A DNA stretch of 64,000 bases from an uncultured Candidatus Saccharibacteria bacterium. GTDB taxonomy: Bacteria > Patescibacteriota > Saccharimonadia > Saccharimonadales > Saccharimonadaceae. Below, piece by piece: positions 46,676 through 56,723 of the stretch. The notes under the pieces were generated by a model. That model worked only from the letters and a program-made list of their open reading frames with translations, did not search any database and was not told where the DNA came from. Position numbers and translations under genes: made by a program. The stretch covers positions 48,516 to 112,515 of the forward strand of contig CAUQMT010000003.1 in the NCBI GenBank assembly GCA_963519435.1, written 5' to 3'. Every line of letters starts with the position of its first letter. Positions within the stretch are counted from its first letter, which is position 1.

Positions 46676-49084
46676 TTATGATAGTTTGCGTCGAGCAAAG
46701 CCAAAACCGCTTACCCTTTTCGCACTGTCGGTACGAACTTTCTGTACCGATTGCGATGTGACGGTGGTTTGCTCGGATTGATGGCGCGGCTTGACATGCA
46801 GATAATATGTCGTTTTCAAACCGCGGCGCCACGCTTCTGAATAGATTTCGATATATTCATCAATATCGCGCGACTCCAGGTACATATTGCGGCTAATTGC
46901 TTGGTCAACCCATTTTTGCGCTCGCGCCGCTACCTCGATAAAGGCGTACGGGCTCAGCTGAAAACTAGTTTTGTAGACGTCGCGGACTGCCTGCGGAATT
47001 TGCTCAAAACCTTGGATATCGCCCTGATTCGCCAGCAAGTCGTCTTTGAGCGATTCCCACAGATTAAGTTGTTTGAGTTTACGCACCAAATTAGCATTAA
47101 CCTCTAGGAATTTGCCGTTAAGCGTACTACGGCTAAAAATTTGGCTAAACTGCGGATCAAGTCCCGGCGTCGTACCTACCACATGCGAAATATTAGCTGT
47201 CGGTGCAATCGCCATCAAAGTTGCGTTACGCATACCTTTTTTGACTTTTTGGCGCAGCACTTCCCAATCCAGGCGCGATTTACTATCAATTTTTACCTTA
47301 ACGCCACGCTCTGTTGTAAGTTTATCAACGGTATCGATAGACAGCAAGCCTTTGCTCCAGCCGCTGCCAGCAAAGTTCGGATAGCTGCCGCGCTCAGCTG
47401 CTAGGTTAGCCGATTCATCAATGGCATGGTAGCTGATAAACTCAGTTAGCTGATCAACCAGATCGTAGGCAGCCTCGCTTTCGTAACTAATCTCTAGCTT
47501 CTCCAAAACATCCGATAACCCCATATAGCCGAGCCCAAGCGCCCGATTCTGCTCATTACTATGCATAGCTTCGGCAACTGGCGTGTTCGTAATGTCAATC
47601 AAGTTATCTAACTGGCGCGTAGCGGAGCGTACTGATACCGCCAAGCGGTCCCAATCCCAGGTCTTATCAGCATTGAGAAAAGCCGACAAATTCATGCTAA
47701 CCAGATTACAGGTCGCAATATTATGTTCGTCCTCGGGCAAAGTTATTTCGGTGCACAAATTACTGAGGTGGATTGTCCCAGTATTATTGTTGAGCGCTCG
47801 CAAATTGATGGCATCCTTCCAGGTTAGCCAAGGGTGTCCAGTCGCTTGCAAACTACTGAGAATCTGGCGGAATTGCTGGCGCGCTGGCACGACTTCGAAG
47901 CGGTTAATTTTACCAGCTTCTGCTAGCTTGATATATTCCTGGTAGCGGCGGCTAAATGCTTCTCCGTATAGTTCGTTTAAGTCGCCGACTTCAGCCGGAT
48001 CAAACAAATACCAATCCTGCTCGTCTTGGACGCGCTTCATAAACTCGTCCGAGATAAACACCGCCGTATCTAGAAACCGCGTCCGCAAATACGGATCGCC
48101 CGAATTCTGGCGCAAATCGAGGAATTGCGAAAAATTAAGGTGCCAGTTCTCCATATACGCCGCTGCCGCACCCGCTTTCTTGCCCTTGCGCGACACCGCA
48201 AACAGCGCCGTATCGATCATTTTCATGAACGGAATTGGACCAGTTGACTCGGTATTGGTGGTTTTGACAGGACTACCAGCAGCACGCAATTTATTCATAC
48301 TAATGCCGATACCGCCAGTACCTTTAGCGATGAACATGGTGTCGCGAATGCTTTTGGCTATCGAAGCCATGTCATCTTGAACCTCCATGACAAAACAGTT
48401 GCTTAGCTGCGGAAACGAACCGCCAGCGTTAACCCGCGTGCTACCGCCCGGACTGTATTCCAGATTAGCCATGTGGCGGTAAAATTTTATCGCCGCCTCG
48501 GTCGGATTGACTTCGTTAAAACTCAAACCCATAGCAATACGCATGTTAGTGAATTGCGGCACCTCGATCGGATCGCCGCTTTGGCGCCGCAGCGCGTAAC
48601 GATTGCGGTTGGTCACTACACCGAGATACTTACTGAGCGAGTCCTTGCTCGGATCGAGCGCCGCCGCCAGCTTCTTGAGGTTAAATAGCTGCGAATCAGC
48701 CATTCGCTTATCTAGTAGACCCTCTTTAGCGGCTTGGCGAATATAGATGGGAAACTTCTGCGCATGTAACTTTTTAAGCTCGATTTCGTTAGTATAATCG
48801 CCGAGCACTTGCTGGTATATAGTTCGCAGCAGCAACCGCGCCGCAATCGTATCGAAATCCGGGTCGTCTTTGACATTTTGGACTGCCGTCTGGATAAGCC
48901 CTTCATCAAGCTGCTCGGTAGTAATGCCATCAAACAGCGTCAACTGCAATTCGGCCGCTATTTGTGCCACTTTCGCAATTTGGCCTGGCAAGCCTTCGCT
49001 AGCTGCCAGCAGAGTTAAATTAATTTTGTTAGCGTCAAACGGCTGCTGGCTACCGTCGCGCTTCACAACTGTAATATCTGCCAT
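46676..49084 (-). CDS. nrdA: Ribonucleotide reductase large subunit with ATP cone, lacking C-terminal cysteines
   Basis: VVKRDG; LSNCF; SNLCTEI; CNLVS; AIAPTA; GLKTTYYL; ends ...GFGFARRKLS. Confidence 0.97.
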   Translation of the reverse strand: MADITVVKRDGSQQPFDANKINLTLLAASEGLPGQIAKVAQIAAELQLTLFDGITTEQLDEGLIQTAVQNVKDDPDFDTIAARLLLRTIYQQVLGDYTNEIELKKLHAQKFPIYIRQAAKEGLLDKRMADSQLFNLKKLAAALDPSKDSLSKYLGVVTNRNRYALRRQSGDPIEVPQFTNMRIAMGLSFNEVNPTEAAIKFYRHMANLEYSPGGSTRVNAGGSFPQLSNCFVMEVQDDMASIAKSIRDTMFIAKGTGGIGISMNKLRAAGSPVKTTNTESTGPIPFMKMIDTALFAVSRKGKKAGAAAAYMENWHLNFSQFLDLRQNSGDPYLRTRFLDTAVFISDEFMKRVQDEQDWYLFDPAEVGDLNELYGEAFSRRYQEYIKLAEAGKINRFEVVPARQQFRQILSSLQATGHPWLTWKDAINLRALNNNTGTIHLSNLCTEITLPEDEHNIATCNLVSMNLSAFLNADKTWDWDRLAVSVRSATRQLDNLIDITNTPVAEAMHSNEQNRALGLGYMGLSDVLEKLEISYESEAAYDLVDQLTEFISYHAIDESANLAAERGSYPNFAGSGWSKGLLSIDTVDKLTTERGVKVKIDSKSRLDWEVLRQKVKKGMRNATLMAIAPTANISHVVGTTPGLDPQFSQIFSRSTLNGKFLEVNANLVRKLKQLNLWESLKDDLLANQGDIQGFEQIPQAVRDVYKTSFQLSPYAFIEVAARAQKWVDQAISRNMYLESRDIDEYIEIYSEAWRRGLKTTYYLHVKPRHQSEQTTVTSQSVQKVRTDSAKRVSGFGFARRKLS

Positions 49085-49191
49085 CGTTTCCTTTCTTATT
49101 TTTAGCTGCTATTTTTGAGTGCAAAAAACTAGCTAGACCATCTAGGCCCGCTTTGCGCAATTTATTTGCATATTTGTCTATTTTACTAAAC

Positions 49192-49240
49192 ACTATACAT
49201 ATAGCGTCTGTATATCAAGCATAAACGCTAAATATGGATT
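49192..49240. promoter_or_regulatory. Tandem NrdR-box-like sites upstream of nrdA
   Basis: ACGCTATATGTATAGT (rc of 49192-49207) and ACGCTAAATATGGATT (49225-49240), 33 bp apart. Confidence 0.55.
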
Positions 49241-49300
49241 TTTCAAGCATTTTTGCTAGTAATTTTCACAACTGGTTTGGCCCATGCTATCATGGAAAAT

Positions 49301-50041
49301 ATGGAACCTATTATTTCTATTACTCATTTCAAGATGCAATTCGGCAAAACCGAAGTCATCAAGGATCTAAGCTTCGAAGTCAAGCGCGGCGAAACATTCG
49401 GCTTTCTCGGCAGCAACGGCTCGGGCAAAACTACCACCATTCGCGCCCTACTCGGCATTTACCAGCCAACTGCTGGCGAGCTATTAGTCGGCGGCAAGCC
49501 TTATTCGGTATCAAGCGGTATCAAACTGGGTTATCTGCCCGAAGAACGCGGCCTTTACAAAAAAGAGCCGGTTATCGACATCATGACTTATTTCGGCCAG
49601 CTCAAAGGCATGAGCCGCCTCGACGCTCGGCAAAAATCGCTTGATTTTTTGAAGCGCGTTGATTTGCTCGACAAAGCCAAAACTCGCCTCGATAAGCTCT
49701 CGGGCGGCCAGCAACAAAAAGTCCAGCTCGGCATCACAGTCATCGACAACCCAGAGCTGCTAATTCTTGACGAGCCAACCAAAGGATTTGACCCGGTTAA
49801 TCGCCGGCTACTGATGGAAATCATTGAAGAGCACCAGGCCAAAGGCGCTACCGTCGTGATGATTACTCACCAAATGGAAGAAGTTGAGCGTCTATGCGAC
49901 CGCATATTACTGCTGAAGGATGGCGCAGCGCGCGCTTACGGCACCGTCGCCAGCGTTCGTAAACAATTTGGCGGCAAGTCGCTCGATGATATTTTTGTTC
50001 AAGTCTACAGCCGCAACAACGAGGAGAAGCAAAATGCATAA
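49301..50041 (+). CDS. ABC transporter ATP-binding protein
   Basis: GSNGSGKTT; LSGGQQQK; LILDEPT. Confidence 0.95.
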   Translation: MEPIISITHFKMQFGKTEVIKDLSFEVKRGETFGFLGSNGSGKTTTIRALLGIYQPTAGELLVGGKPYSVSSGIKLGYLPEERGLYKKEPVIDIMTYFGQLKGMSRLDARQKSLDFLKRVDLLDKAKTRLDKLSGGQQQKVQLGITVIDNPELLILDEPTKGFDPVNRRLLMEIIEEHQAKGATVVMITHQMEEVERLCDRILLLKDGAARAYGTVASVRKQFGGKSLDDIFVQVYSRNNEEKQNA

Positions 50042-51248
50042 TTTATCAACTGTCATTCGTTTCGAGGTCGTTCGCGCCCTTAAGAAAAAATCATTCTGGA
50101 TTCTAGCAATTAGCTTTCCACTGATGTTTGCGGCAATTTTTGGGATGGTCTTTTTATCTAATCAAGCTACCAACGATGCTGCCGAAAAGCTCAAAAACCA
50201 GTCGTTCAGCATTGCTATTACTGACGAATCAAAGATAGTCAAACCGCAGCTAATCGCCGCCTCGAAAGCCACCGAAATTAATCCCAGCGACAAGCAAAAC
50301 GCTATTGACCGCGTCAAAAATGGCCAGCTTGATGCATACATCTACTATCCAAAGAATCTCGACCAGCAATCAATCGAAGTTTACGGTAAAGATGTCGGTA
50401 TTTTTGACAACGGCCGCTACGGCAGCCTGGCTAGCAGTCTATTAGCCACCTCTGTTCGGTCAGACGTTAATCCGGCTATTCAAAAAATTATCCAAGGCAA
50501 AATCAACTCAACCAGCACTATTTACCGCGACGGCAAAATCCACGACAGCGTCCAAGAGATGATCTTGCCGGGTATCTTTTTAATCCTCTTTTATTTCCTA
50601 ATCACTTTCTTTGGCAATCAAATGCTGACCAGCACCACCGAAGAAAAAGAAAATCGCGTTATCGAAATGATTCTCACTACTATCGAAGCGCGCACCTTAA
50701 TCGTCGGCAAAATTATCTCGCTAATAGTTCTGGCAATAGTTCAAGGCTTGCTGGTGGTCTTGCCGGTGCTTATTGGCTACTTGTTTTTCCACGACCAGCT
50801 CAAGCTACCGTCAGTCGACCTCAGTAGCTTGCCAATCGACCCGTTACGTATCGGCATCGGCTTTCTAGCCTTTGCTAGCAGCTTCATGATGTTTACCGGC
50901 CTGCTAGTAGCTATCGGCGCCGCCGTGCCGACCGCCAAAGAAGCTGGCAGCTTTTTCGGCGTAGTAATGATCTTACTGTTCGGCCCGCTTTATGCCGTTT
51001 CAATGTTTATATCAATGCCAAACGCGCCGCTAGTAAAATTTTTGTCACTCTTCCCGCTGACATCGCCAATCCCGCTGATGCTACGCAACGCCGCTGGCAA
51101 CCTGGGAATCAGCGAAGCAGTAATCGGTATCGCCCTACTGGCCGTTTCTGCCGCCATCATCATTGCTATCGCCGTACGCATCTTCCGCTTTGGCGCGCTC
51201 GAATACAACCGCAAACTCAGCGCCAAAGAAATCTTCGCCCGCAAGTAA
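50034..51248 (+). CDS. ABC-2 type permease (NatB/YhaP-like)
   Basis: EEKENRVIEMILTT...LIVGKI; multiple TMs; overlaps ATPase stop. Confidence 0.9.
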   Translation: MHNLSTVIRFEVVRALKKKSFWILAISFPLMFAAIFGMVFLSNQATNDAAEKLKNQSFSIAITDESKIVKPQLIAASKATEINPSDKQNAIDRVKNGQLDAYIYYPKNLDQQSIEVYGKDVGIFDNGRYGSLASSLLATSVRSDVNPAIQKIIQGKINSTSTIYRDGKIHDSVQEMILPGIFLILFYFLITFFGNQMLTSTTEEKENRVIEMILTTIEARTLIVGKIISLIVLAIVQGLLVVLPVLIGYLFFHDQLKLPSVDLSSLPIDPLRIGIGFLAFASSFMMFTGLLVAIGAAVPTAKEAGSFFGVVMILLFGPLYAVSMFISMPNAPLVKFLSLFPLTSPIPLMLRNAAGNLGISEAVIGIALLAVSAAIIIAIAVRIFRFGALEYNRKLSAKEIFARK

Positions 51249-51273
51249 TACTCGCCGCTTATTGAGCAGACTA

Positions 51274-51355
51274 TTGCCAAAATTCTCTTAAAGTTGTAAA
51301 ATAGCGAAGTTGCAGCAACCGCTGTGACTTAGCTCCTTTCAGATAGGGAAAAACC
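51274..51355 (+). promoter_or_regulatory. Promoter and leader of cassette 3
   Basis: TTGCCA-17-TAAAAT; GCTCCTTTC (51332-51340) complementary to trailer GAAAGGAGC (51772-51780). Confidence 0.6.
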
Positions 51356-51766
51356 ATGTCTCAGCTGGATGACTTTCAAAATAATCTAAAGGTTGCCAAA
51401 AGACGCTATAAAAAAGCGTTGAAAGAGTATAAAGAGGCCAACGAAAGGCTTTCGGCGATACAAAATCTTAAAGTCACAGGACGAGCGTTTGAGGCAGCAA
51501 TGACGCGAGTCGAGGAGGCCCAGACTGCACTTAAGCGGTCAAAATCAGACATTAAGTCAGCGAAGAAGCAGAGAGACATTCTGTTCGCCGCCCATGCTGA
51601 TATTGTTGGTCATGTTGACAACATGGAAATACATCCTATCGTAGGATATGGGTATGACATTTTCTATGGAGGTCTTGAAAAACCTTGTGGAATGGGTCAT
51701 GGTCATGTGGTCATAGACCGTAGGGGTAAGGTTGTGTATAAGCGCGCCCCCACCTTCTGTCTGTAG
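51356..51766 (+). CDS. Hypothetical protein (N-terminal coiled coil; C-terminal FYGG...GHGHVV domain)
   Basis: 136-aa ORF with own promoter. Confidence 0.75.
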   Translation: MSQLDDFQNNLKVAKRRYKKALKEYKEANERLSAIQNLKVTGRAFEAAMTRVEEAQTALKRSKSDIKSAKKQRDILFAAHADIVGHVDNMEIHPIVGYGYDIFYGGLEKPCGMGHGHVVIDRRGKVVYKRAPTFCL

Positions 51767-51785
51767 ACAAAGAAAGGAGCACACA

Positions 51786-51815
51786 AGACCTGAGCCATGT
51801 CTAAAAACTGGCTCA
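51786..51815 (+). ncRNA. Compact H-type pseudoknot candidate at the 3' end of cassette 3
   Basis: AGAC/GTCT crossing TGAGCCA/TGGCTCA with an A-rich loop. Confidence 0.5.
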
Positions 51816-52009
51816 CTTCCATAGATATTTTACAGAACTAGATAGAATGATACACGAGACATCAGACAACAAAACCCAAGAAGCATTGTCTATATTGAGC
51901 AACCTAGACAAAGATATCGATAAACTGGGAGGCTAGCGCGCGCTATTTGTAATTGCTGACGAGAGCAGTGCGCGCAAAACGAATCATCAAGACCGTTATA
52001 ATGATAAAT

Positions 52010-52303
52010 ATGAACAGTAGTAACAGCCAGTACCATCAAATGACCTACAAACAAGCAGTCGAGCACTGTAAGTATTGGGCAGATCAAATTAGACGCGACG
52101 GGCTTGACTTATTGACTACTGATTACGGCACAGCTATTGGGGTTTCTGACCAGTTAGCGTATCCTTTGGAGATGCAGACTTGGATTAATTCAAAAGAATA
52201 TCCTCTTATGTATAAAGTTTGCGTATACGCCGTTACCGTTGATAATGACCACACCGACAGAGCCTCGTGGGAAAAGCTGCTAGAGCTAATTGATAAATTA
52301 TAA
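52010..52303 (+). CDS. Hypothetical protein
   Basis: ORF to 52303; start uncertain (52010 or 52040); TATAAT upstream. Confidence 0.6.
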   Translation: MNSSNSQYHQMTYKQAVEHCKYWADQIRRDGLDLLTTDYGTAIGVSDQLAYPLEMQTWINSKEYPLMYKVCVYAVTVDNDHTDRASWEKLLELIDKL

Positions 52304-52459
52304 GACCATAAATATTATACGTTCCGCATACGCAGCGTGATATGTATGATCTGCAACAAAACAGACGATGCTAACACGATTAAATGTTTCAATATTTGCA
52401 AGCGGTCAATCTAGAAATTTATTCCAAGAGCATGATAGCTTAAAAGTTAGCGTCATCCT

Positions 52460-52549
<90 letters not shown>

Positions 52550-52646
52550 TTGTACGGACAATTATACCCCACTCTATCTATTTTTGCTAATCATGTTAAA
52601 TATATGTAAACTATATGCATACACTTTACATATTTAAGGAGTAATC

Positions 52647-53054
52647 ATGGACGATTCAATTTTTACCAAAATTATCAAAGGCGAGATTCCTTGCCGCAAA
52701 GTTTACGAAGACGATGATGTTATTGCCTTTCTCGATATCAACCCGCTCAGCGACGGCCATGTTCTAGTTGTACCGAAGGAGCAAATAGATTTGCTCTGGG
52801 ACCTCGACAACGAGACTTACACTCACCTCTGGCAAACTGCCAAAAATATCGCCCAGGCTATCCAGGCCGAACTCAACCCTATGCGCGTCGGCGTAGTTGT
52901 TGAGGGTCTCGACGTACCGCACGCCCATATCCATCTAGTACCGCTGTATGACCGCGACACCTTGCAGCTCCATCACGACTACCCTGTCGATATTTCAGAT
53001 GAACGGCTCGATAATATCGCCAACAGTATCAAAGAGCGCTTAATCGCCATATGA
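52647..53054 (+). CDS. HIT family hydrolase
   Basis: SIFTKIIKGEIP; AFLDINP; HAHIHLVP. Confidence 0.95.
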   Translation: MDDSIFTKIIKGEIPCRKVYEDDDVIAFLDINPLSDGHVLVVPKEQIDLLWDLDNETYTHLWQTAKNIAQAIQAELNPMRVGVVVEGLDVPHAHIHLVPLYDRDTLQLHHDYPVDISDERLDNIANSIKERLIAI

Positions 53055-53506
53055 TCACTGTTATCGCCGTTGGTAAAAAGCACGAGGATTGGGTCTCAGG
53101 CGGCATCAAACGCTACCAAACGCGCTGCAAGCAGCCTTGGAGTTTTGAGTGGCAATTGATACCGCATAGCAAGCTAGATGGCCAGCAGGCCCGCCAAGAG
53201 GAGTCTGAGCGAATTTTAGCGCGTTTACACCCCCAAGATTTCATAATTCTGCTCGACGAACACGGCCAGATGTTTGACTCGCCTGCCCTATCGTGCCAGC
53301 TAAACGAGCTCTTTGTGCAAGGTAAAAATATCACGATAGTTATCGGCGGCGCCTTTGGCGTCAGCGTAGCACTGACACAGCGTGCTAACCTGGTTTGGTC
53401 ACTGTCGCCATTAGTCTTTCCACATCAGTTAGTGCGACTGATCCTCGCCGAGCAGCTATACCGGGCCCAAGAGATTACTCGCGGTGGCAAATATCATCAC
53501 CAGTAG
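53051..53506 (+). CDS. rlmH: 23S rRNA m3Psi1915 methyltransferase
   Basis: IAVGK; LDEHG; IGGAFG; SLSPLVFPHQLVRLILAEQLYRA; YHH. Confidence 0.96.
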   Translation: MITVIAVGKKHEDWVSGGIKRYQTRCKQPWSFEWQLIPHSKLDGQQARQEESERILARLHPQDFIILLDEHGQMFDSPALSCQLNELFVQGKNITIVIGGAFGVSVALTQRANLVWSLSPLVFPHQLVRLILAEQLYRAQEITRGGKYHHQ

Positions 53507-53658
53507 ATAGCCAACCTGCGCGCTAAAACCTAGCGGTAATCTGTTTATAAACCGTCCGAACACTGCCTCAGACTAACTTATAATCTTATTTTATGTCATA
53601 CTATTGACTTTTTATCATACTTGTGCTATATTTGTAGGCATAATACCTTAAAATAAAC

Positions 53659-54018
53659 ATGATTATGACATATTTTACTCACATCATTAACGCCTTATTC
53701 GCCGCACTCAGTCTGCTGATAGCTAGCGGCATTGCTGTCCACGACGGGCATTTCGGGCATGCAATTGATATCAGTTTGACGCATGATCATTCCATGCAAA
53801 AGCTCAGTTCGCAAGATTTGCGAACCATCAACGAGTCGCGAATGCAGCACACCCATTCCGAACATAATCTCTCAGAAGGCATGCTCAGCAACAGTTTTCG
53901 CTACCAATCGCCTAGCATTTCGCCAGATCGCCGTCATCACCACAAAAATATTTTAGCCTTATTAGAAGAAGGCGGCCGGCACGCTTTTGATAACACGAAT
54001 TTACCAGTTATCGACTAG
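53659..54018 (+). CDS. Hypothetical His-rich protein with N-terminal hydrophobic segment
   Basis: 119-aa ORF; TTGACT-17-TATATT promoter. Confidence 0.65.
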   Translation: MIMTYFTHIINALFAALSLLIASGIAVHDGHFGHAIDISLTHDHSMQKLSSQDLRTINESRMQHTHSEHNLSEGMLSNSFRYQSPSISPDRRHHHKNILALLEEGGRHAFDNTNLPVID

Positions 54019-54021
54019 CTT

Positions 54022-56577
54022 TTACTTATTCGACACAACTTGCAGCTCGTTCTGTAGCCGGGTAATTAGCTCTTGTTTTTCACGGAGTGTCTTGCGCGAC
54101 TCCTCGACCAGAGCCGCTGGAGCTTTGGCTACATAGTTATCGTTTGCCAAGCGCGTCTCGAGCGTCCGGATATGCTGGCGTTCTTCGGCTAAACGTTTCT
54201 CGAGGTTAGCTTGATGCTCGTAAAGCGTTTCGTCGTCAATGTCTAGCCAAACGTCTCGCCCGCTAGCCGCCAAGCGCAATCCCCTAGCCTGGTCAACATG
54301 TTCTACCGAGGTAACGCGCGCTAGCTTCTTGACAAGTTCGATATTATCAGCCACCAGCGAATCGTCCATATACAACAGACCATAACGTTTATTGCCCGGC
54401 AGTTCGCTAACTACGTAGCGTGCTTCTGATACTAAATCTTTCAAGCGGCCGAATGCAGCAGCAGCGATATCGTCGTACTCTAGGCGGTCTGGCATAGTTT
54501 CGCTAGCCAAGATCGTATCGTGCCACGGCAAAGCCTGCCAAATTGTTTCGGTCAAGAACGGCGCGAATGGGTGCGTTAACCGCAAAATTGTGTCTAAAAC
54601 ATACGCGTTCATATCGATATTTTGCTCAACTTTGCTAGCCTCAATATACCAGTCGGCTACATCATCCCAAACGGTGTGATAAATCGTCTCGCCAGCCTCA
54701 GCGAAATGATAGGTCGCAATCTGCCGATCTAGCGACTGTGCTGCCTCGTCTAGTTGGCGAGCAATCCAGTGGTCAGCCAGCGATTGTAGTTGCGGGCTGA
54801 CCGTTGGCGTGCGGTCGCCAACCAAATTTTCAGTATAGCGAGCAATATTCCACAGCTTGTTGCAGAAATTACGAGCTGCTACTACCTTGCCAGTATTAAA
54901 CGCTTGCGGCTGAGCAGCACTGCGGCTAGCAATAATACCCATACGTAGCGCATCCGAGCCATATTTCGCCACTGTCTCCATTGGATTGATGACATTGCCC
55001 TTACTTTTACTCATCTTGACACCCTTTTCATCAAGCACTAAGCCATGCAAATACACATGTTTGAACGGCACCTGGCCAGTCCGATATAGGCCCAGCATAA
55101 TCATCCGCGCTACCCATGCAAACAAAATATCGCCTGCTGTCTCCATGACGGTATTCGGATAATACTTGGCTAGCTTGCCAGCATCCAAATAATCGGTAGT
55201 GATATACGGCCACTGGCCGCTGCTGAACCAAGTATCAAGCGTATCCTCCTCGCGGCGATACGTTGTACCATCTACAACGATTTCTTTCTTATCGACTTCG
55301 GTGCTGTAGCGCCAATCGTCTAGATTGGTCTTGGACTGAAACATTGGAATCGGAATGCCCCACGGTATTTGGCGGCTGATATTCCAATCTTTGATATCTT
55401 TGAGATATTTGATGACAACATCGCCTTTATTTTCAGGGGTAAACGTCACTTCCTTGCGCTCAATCACCGCGATAGCGTTATCGGCCAATTGGCGCATTTT
55501 GACGAACCACTGCTCTTTGGCGAGCGGCTCGATGACCGAACCGCATTTGTAGCAATGCCCAACCTGGTGTTCGATGTCTTTTTCGCCGCGCAGCAATTCG
55601 TCTATTTCGAGCGCTGCTAAAACGCGTTTACGAGCTTCTAGCGCCGTCATACCAGCAAATTGACCCGGCACATTGATCATTTTACCGTCGAAATCGATCA
55701 CCTGAACCAACTCCAAGTTGTGGCGCTTGCCTACTTCGAAATCATTCGGATCATGTGCTGGTGTAATTTTCACCATACCAGTGCCATAAGCTGGATCGAC
55801 ATAATCGTCAGCGATGATGGGAATTTCGCGCTTGACAATCGGCAGCAGCGCTTTGCAGCCGACAAGGTCTTTGTAGCGCTCGTCGTTTGGATTGACCGCT
55901 ACGGCTACGTCGCCAAACATCGTCTCGGGACGCGTCGTAGCGATAACAATTTCGCCGACTTTATCGATTAGCGGATAAGCGATTTCCCACAACTTCCCTT
56001 TTTCATTTTTGTGAACAACCTCGTAGTCCGAAAAACTCGTCTGGTGCTGCGTACAGTAATTGACAATGCGTTCGCCCCTATAAATATAGCCGTCCTGCCA
56101 CATCTTTTCAAAAGTATCGTAGACAGTTTTGATAACTTTATCGTCGAGCGTGAATACCAAATCGTCCCAATCAGCGCCCACGCCAATCGCCCGCAGTTGT
56201 AATTCCATATCGCCGCGGCGTTTAGCTACAAAATCCCATACCTGCGCGTATAATTCTTCGCGATTGAAGTCAAAGCGCGTCTGGCCGTGCTTTTCTAGCT
56301 CGCGCTCGTAAACTACCCAGGTTTCAAAGCCGGCATGGTCAGCCCCTGGTATATACACAGCATCATAGCCTTGCATACGGTGATAACGTACTAAAATATC
56401 TTGAATTGCCGACCCTAAAGCGTGCCCGACATGCAAATTGCCGTTAGCATTTGGCGGCGGCATCACAATCGCGTACGGCTGGCCCTGCCCTTTCGGTTTA
56501 AATACGCCAGACTCCTCCCACAAGGCGTAAATCGACGGTTCATATTCGTTCGGAGTATAAGTTTTAGCTAAGCTCAT
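54022..56577 (-). CDS. valS: Valine--tRNA ligase
   Basis: PPPNANGNLHVGHA; DWNISRQ; DTLDTWFSS; KMSKS; C-terminal coiled coil. Confidence 0.97.
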   Translation of the reverse strand: MSLAKTYTPNEYEPSIYALWEESGVFKPKGQGQPYAIVMPPPNANGNLHVGHALGSAIQDILVRYHRMQGYDAVYIPGADHAGFETWVVYERELEKHGQTRFDFNREELYAQVWDFVAKRRGDMELQLRAIGVGADWDDLVFTLDDKVIKTVYDTFEKMWQDGYIYRGERIVNYCTQHQTSFSDYEVVHKNEKGKLWEIAYPLIDKVGEIVIATTRPETMFGDVAVAVNPNDERYKDLVGCKALLPIVKREIPIIADDYVDPAYGTGMVKITPAHDPNDFEVGKRHNLELVQVIDFDGKMINVPGQFAGMTALEARKRVLAALEIDELLRGEKDIEHQVGHCYKCGSVIEPLAKEQWFVKMRQLADNAIAVIERKEVTFTPENKGDVVIKYLKDIKDWNISRQIPWGIPIPMFQSKTNLDDWRYSTEVDKKEIVVDGTTYRREEDTLDTWFSSGQWPYITTDYLDAGKLAKYYPNTVMETAGDILFAWVARMIMLGLYRTGQVPFKHVYLHGLVLDEKGVKMSKSKGNVINPMETVAKYGSDALRMGIIASRSAAQPQAFNTGKVVAARNFCNKLWNIARYTENLVGDRTPTVSPQLQSLADHWIARQLDEAAQSLDRQIATYHFAEAGETIYHTVWDDVADWYIEASKVEQNIDMNAYVLDTILRLTHPFAPFLTETIWQALPWHDTILASETMPDRLEYDDIAAAAFGRLKDLVSEARYVVSELPGNKRYGLLYMDDSLVADNIELVKKLARVTSVEHVDQARGLRLAASGRDVWLDIDDETLYEHQANLEKRLAEERQHIRTLETRLANDNYVAKAPAALVEESRKTLREKQELITRLQNELQVVSNK

Positions 56578-56723
56578 TTCATTCTCAATTCATTTCACGT
56601 GAAAATTAGCAAAATAACCAAGCATAGCAATTCCACAGTTTGCTATTCCTCACCTCTTGCTGTTTTTTATTCCACGTGTTTGTGTTCTATCCTATTATAG
56701 CACAAACGATGTATACTAAACAT

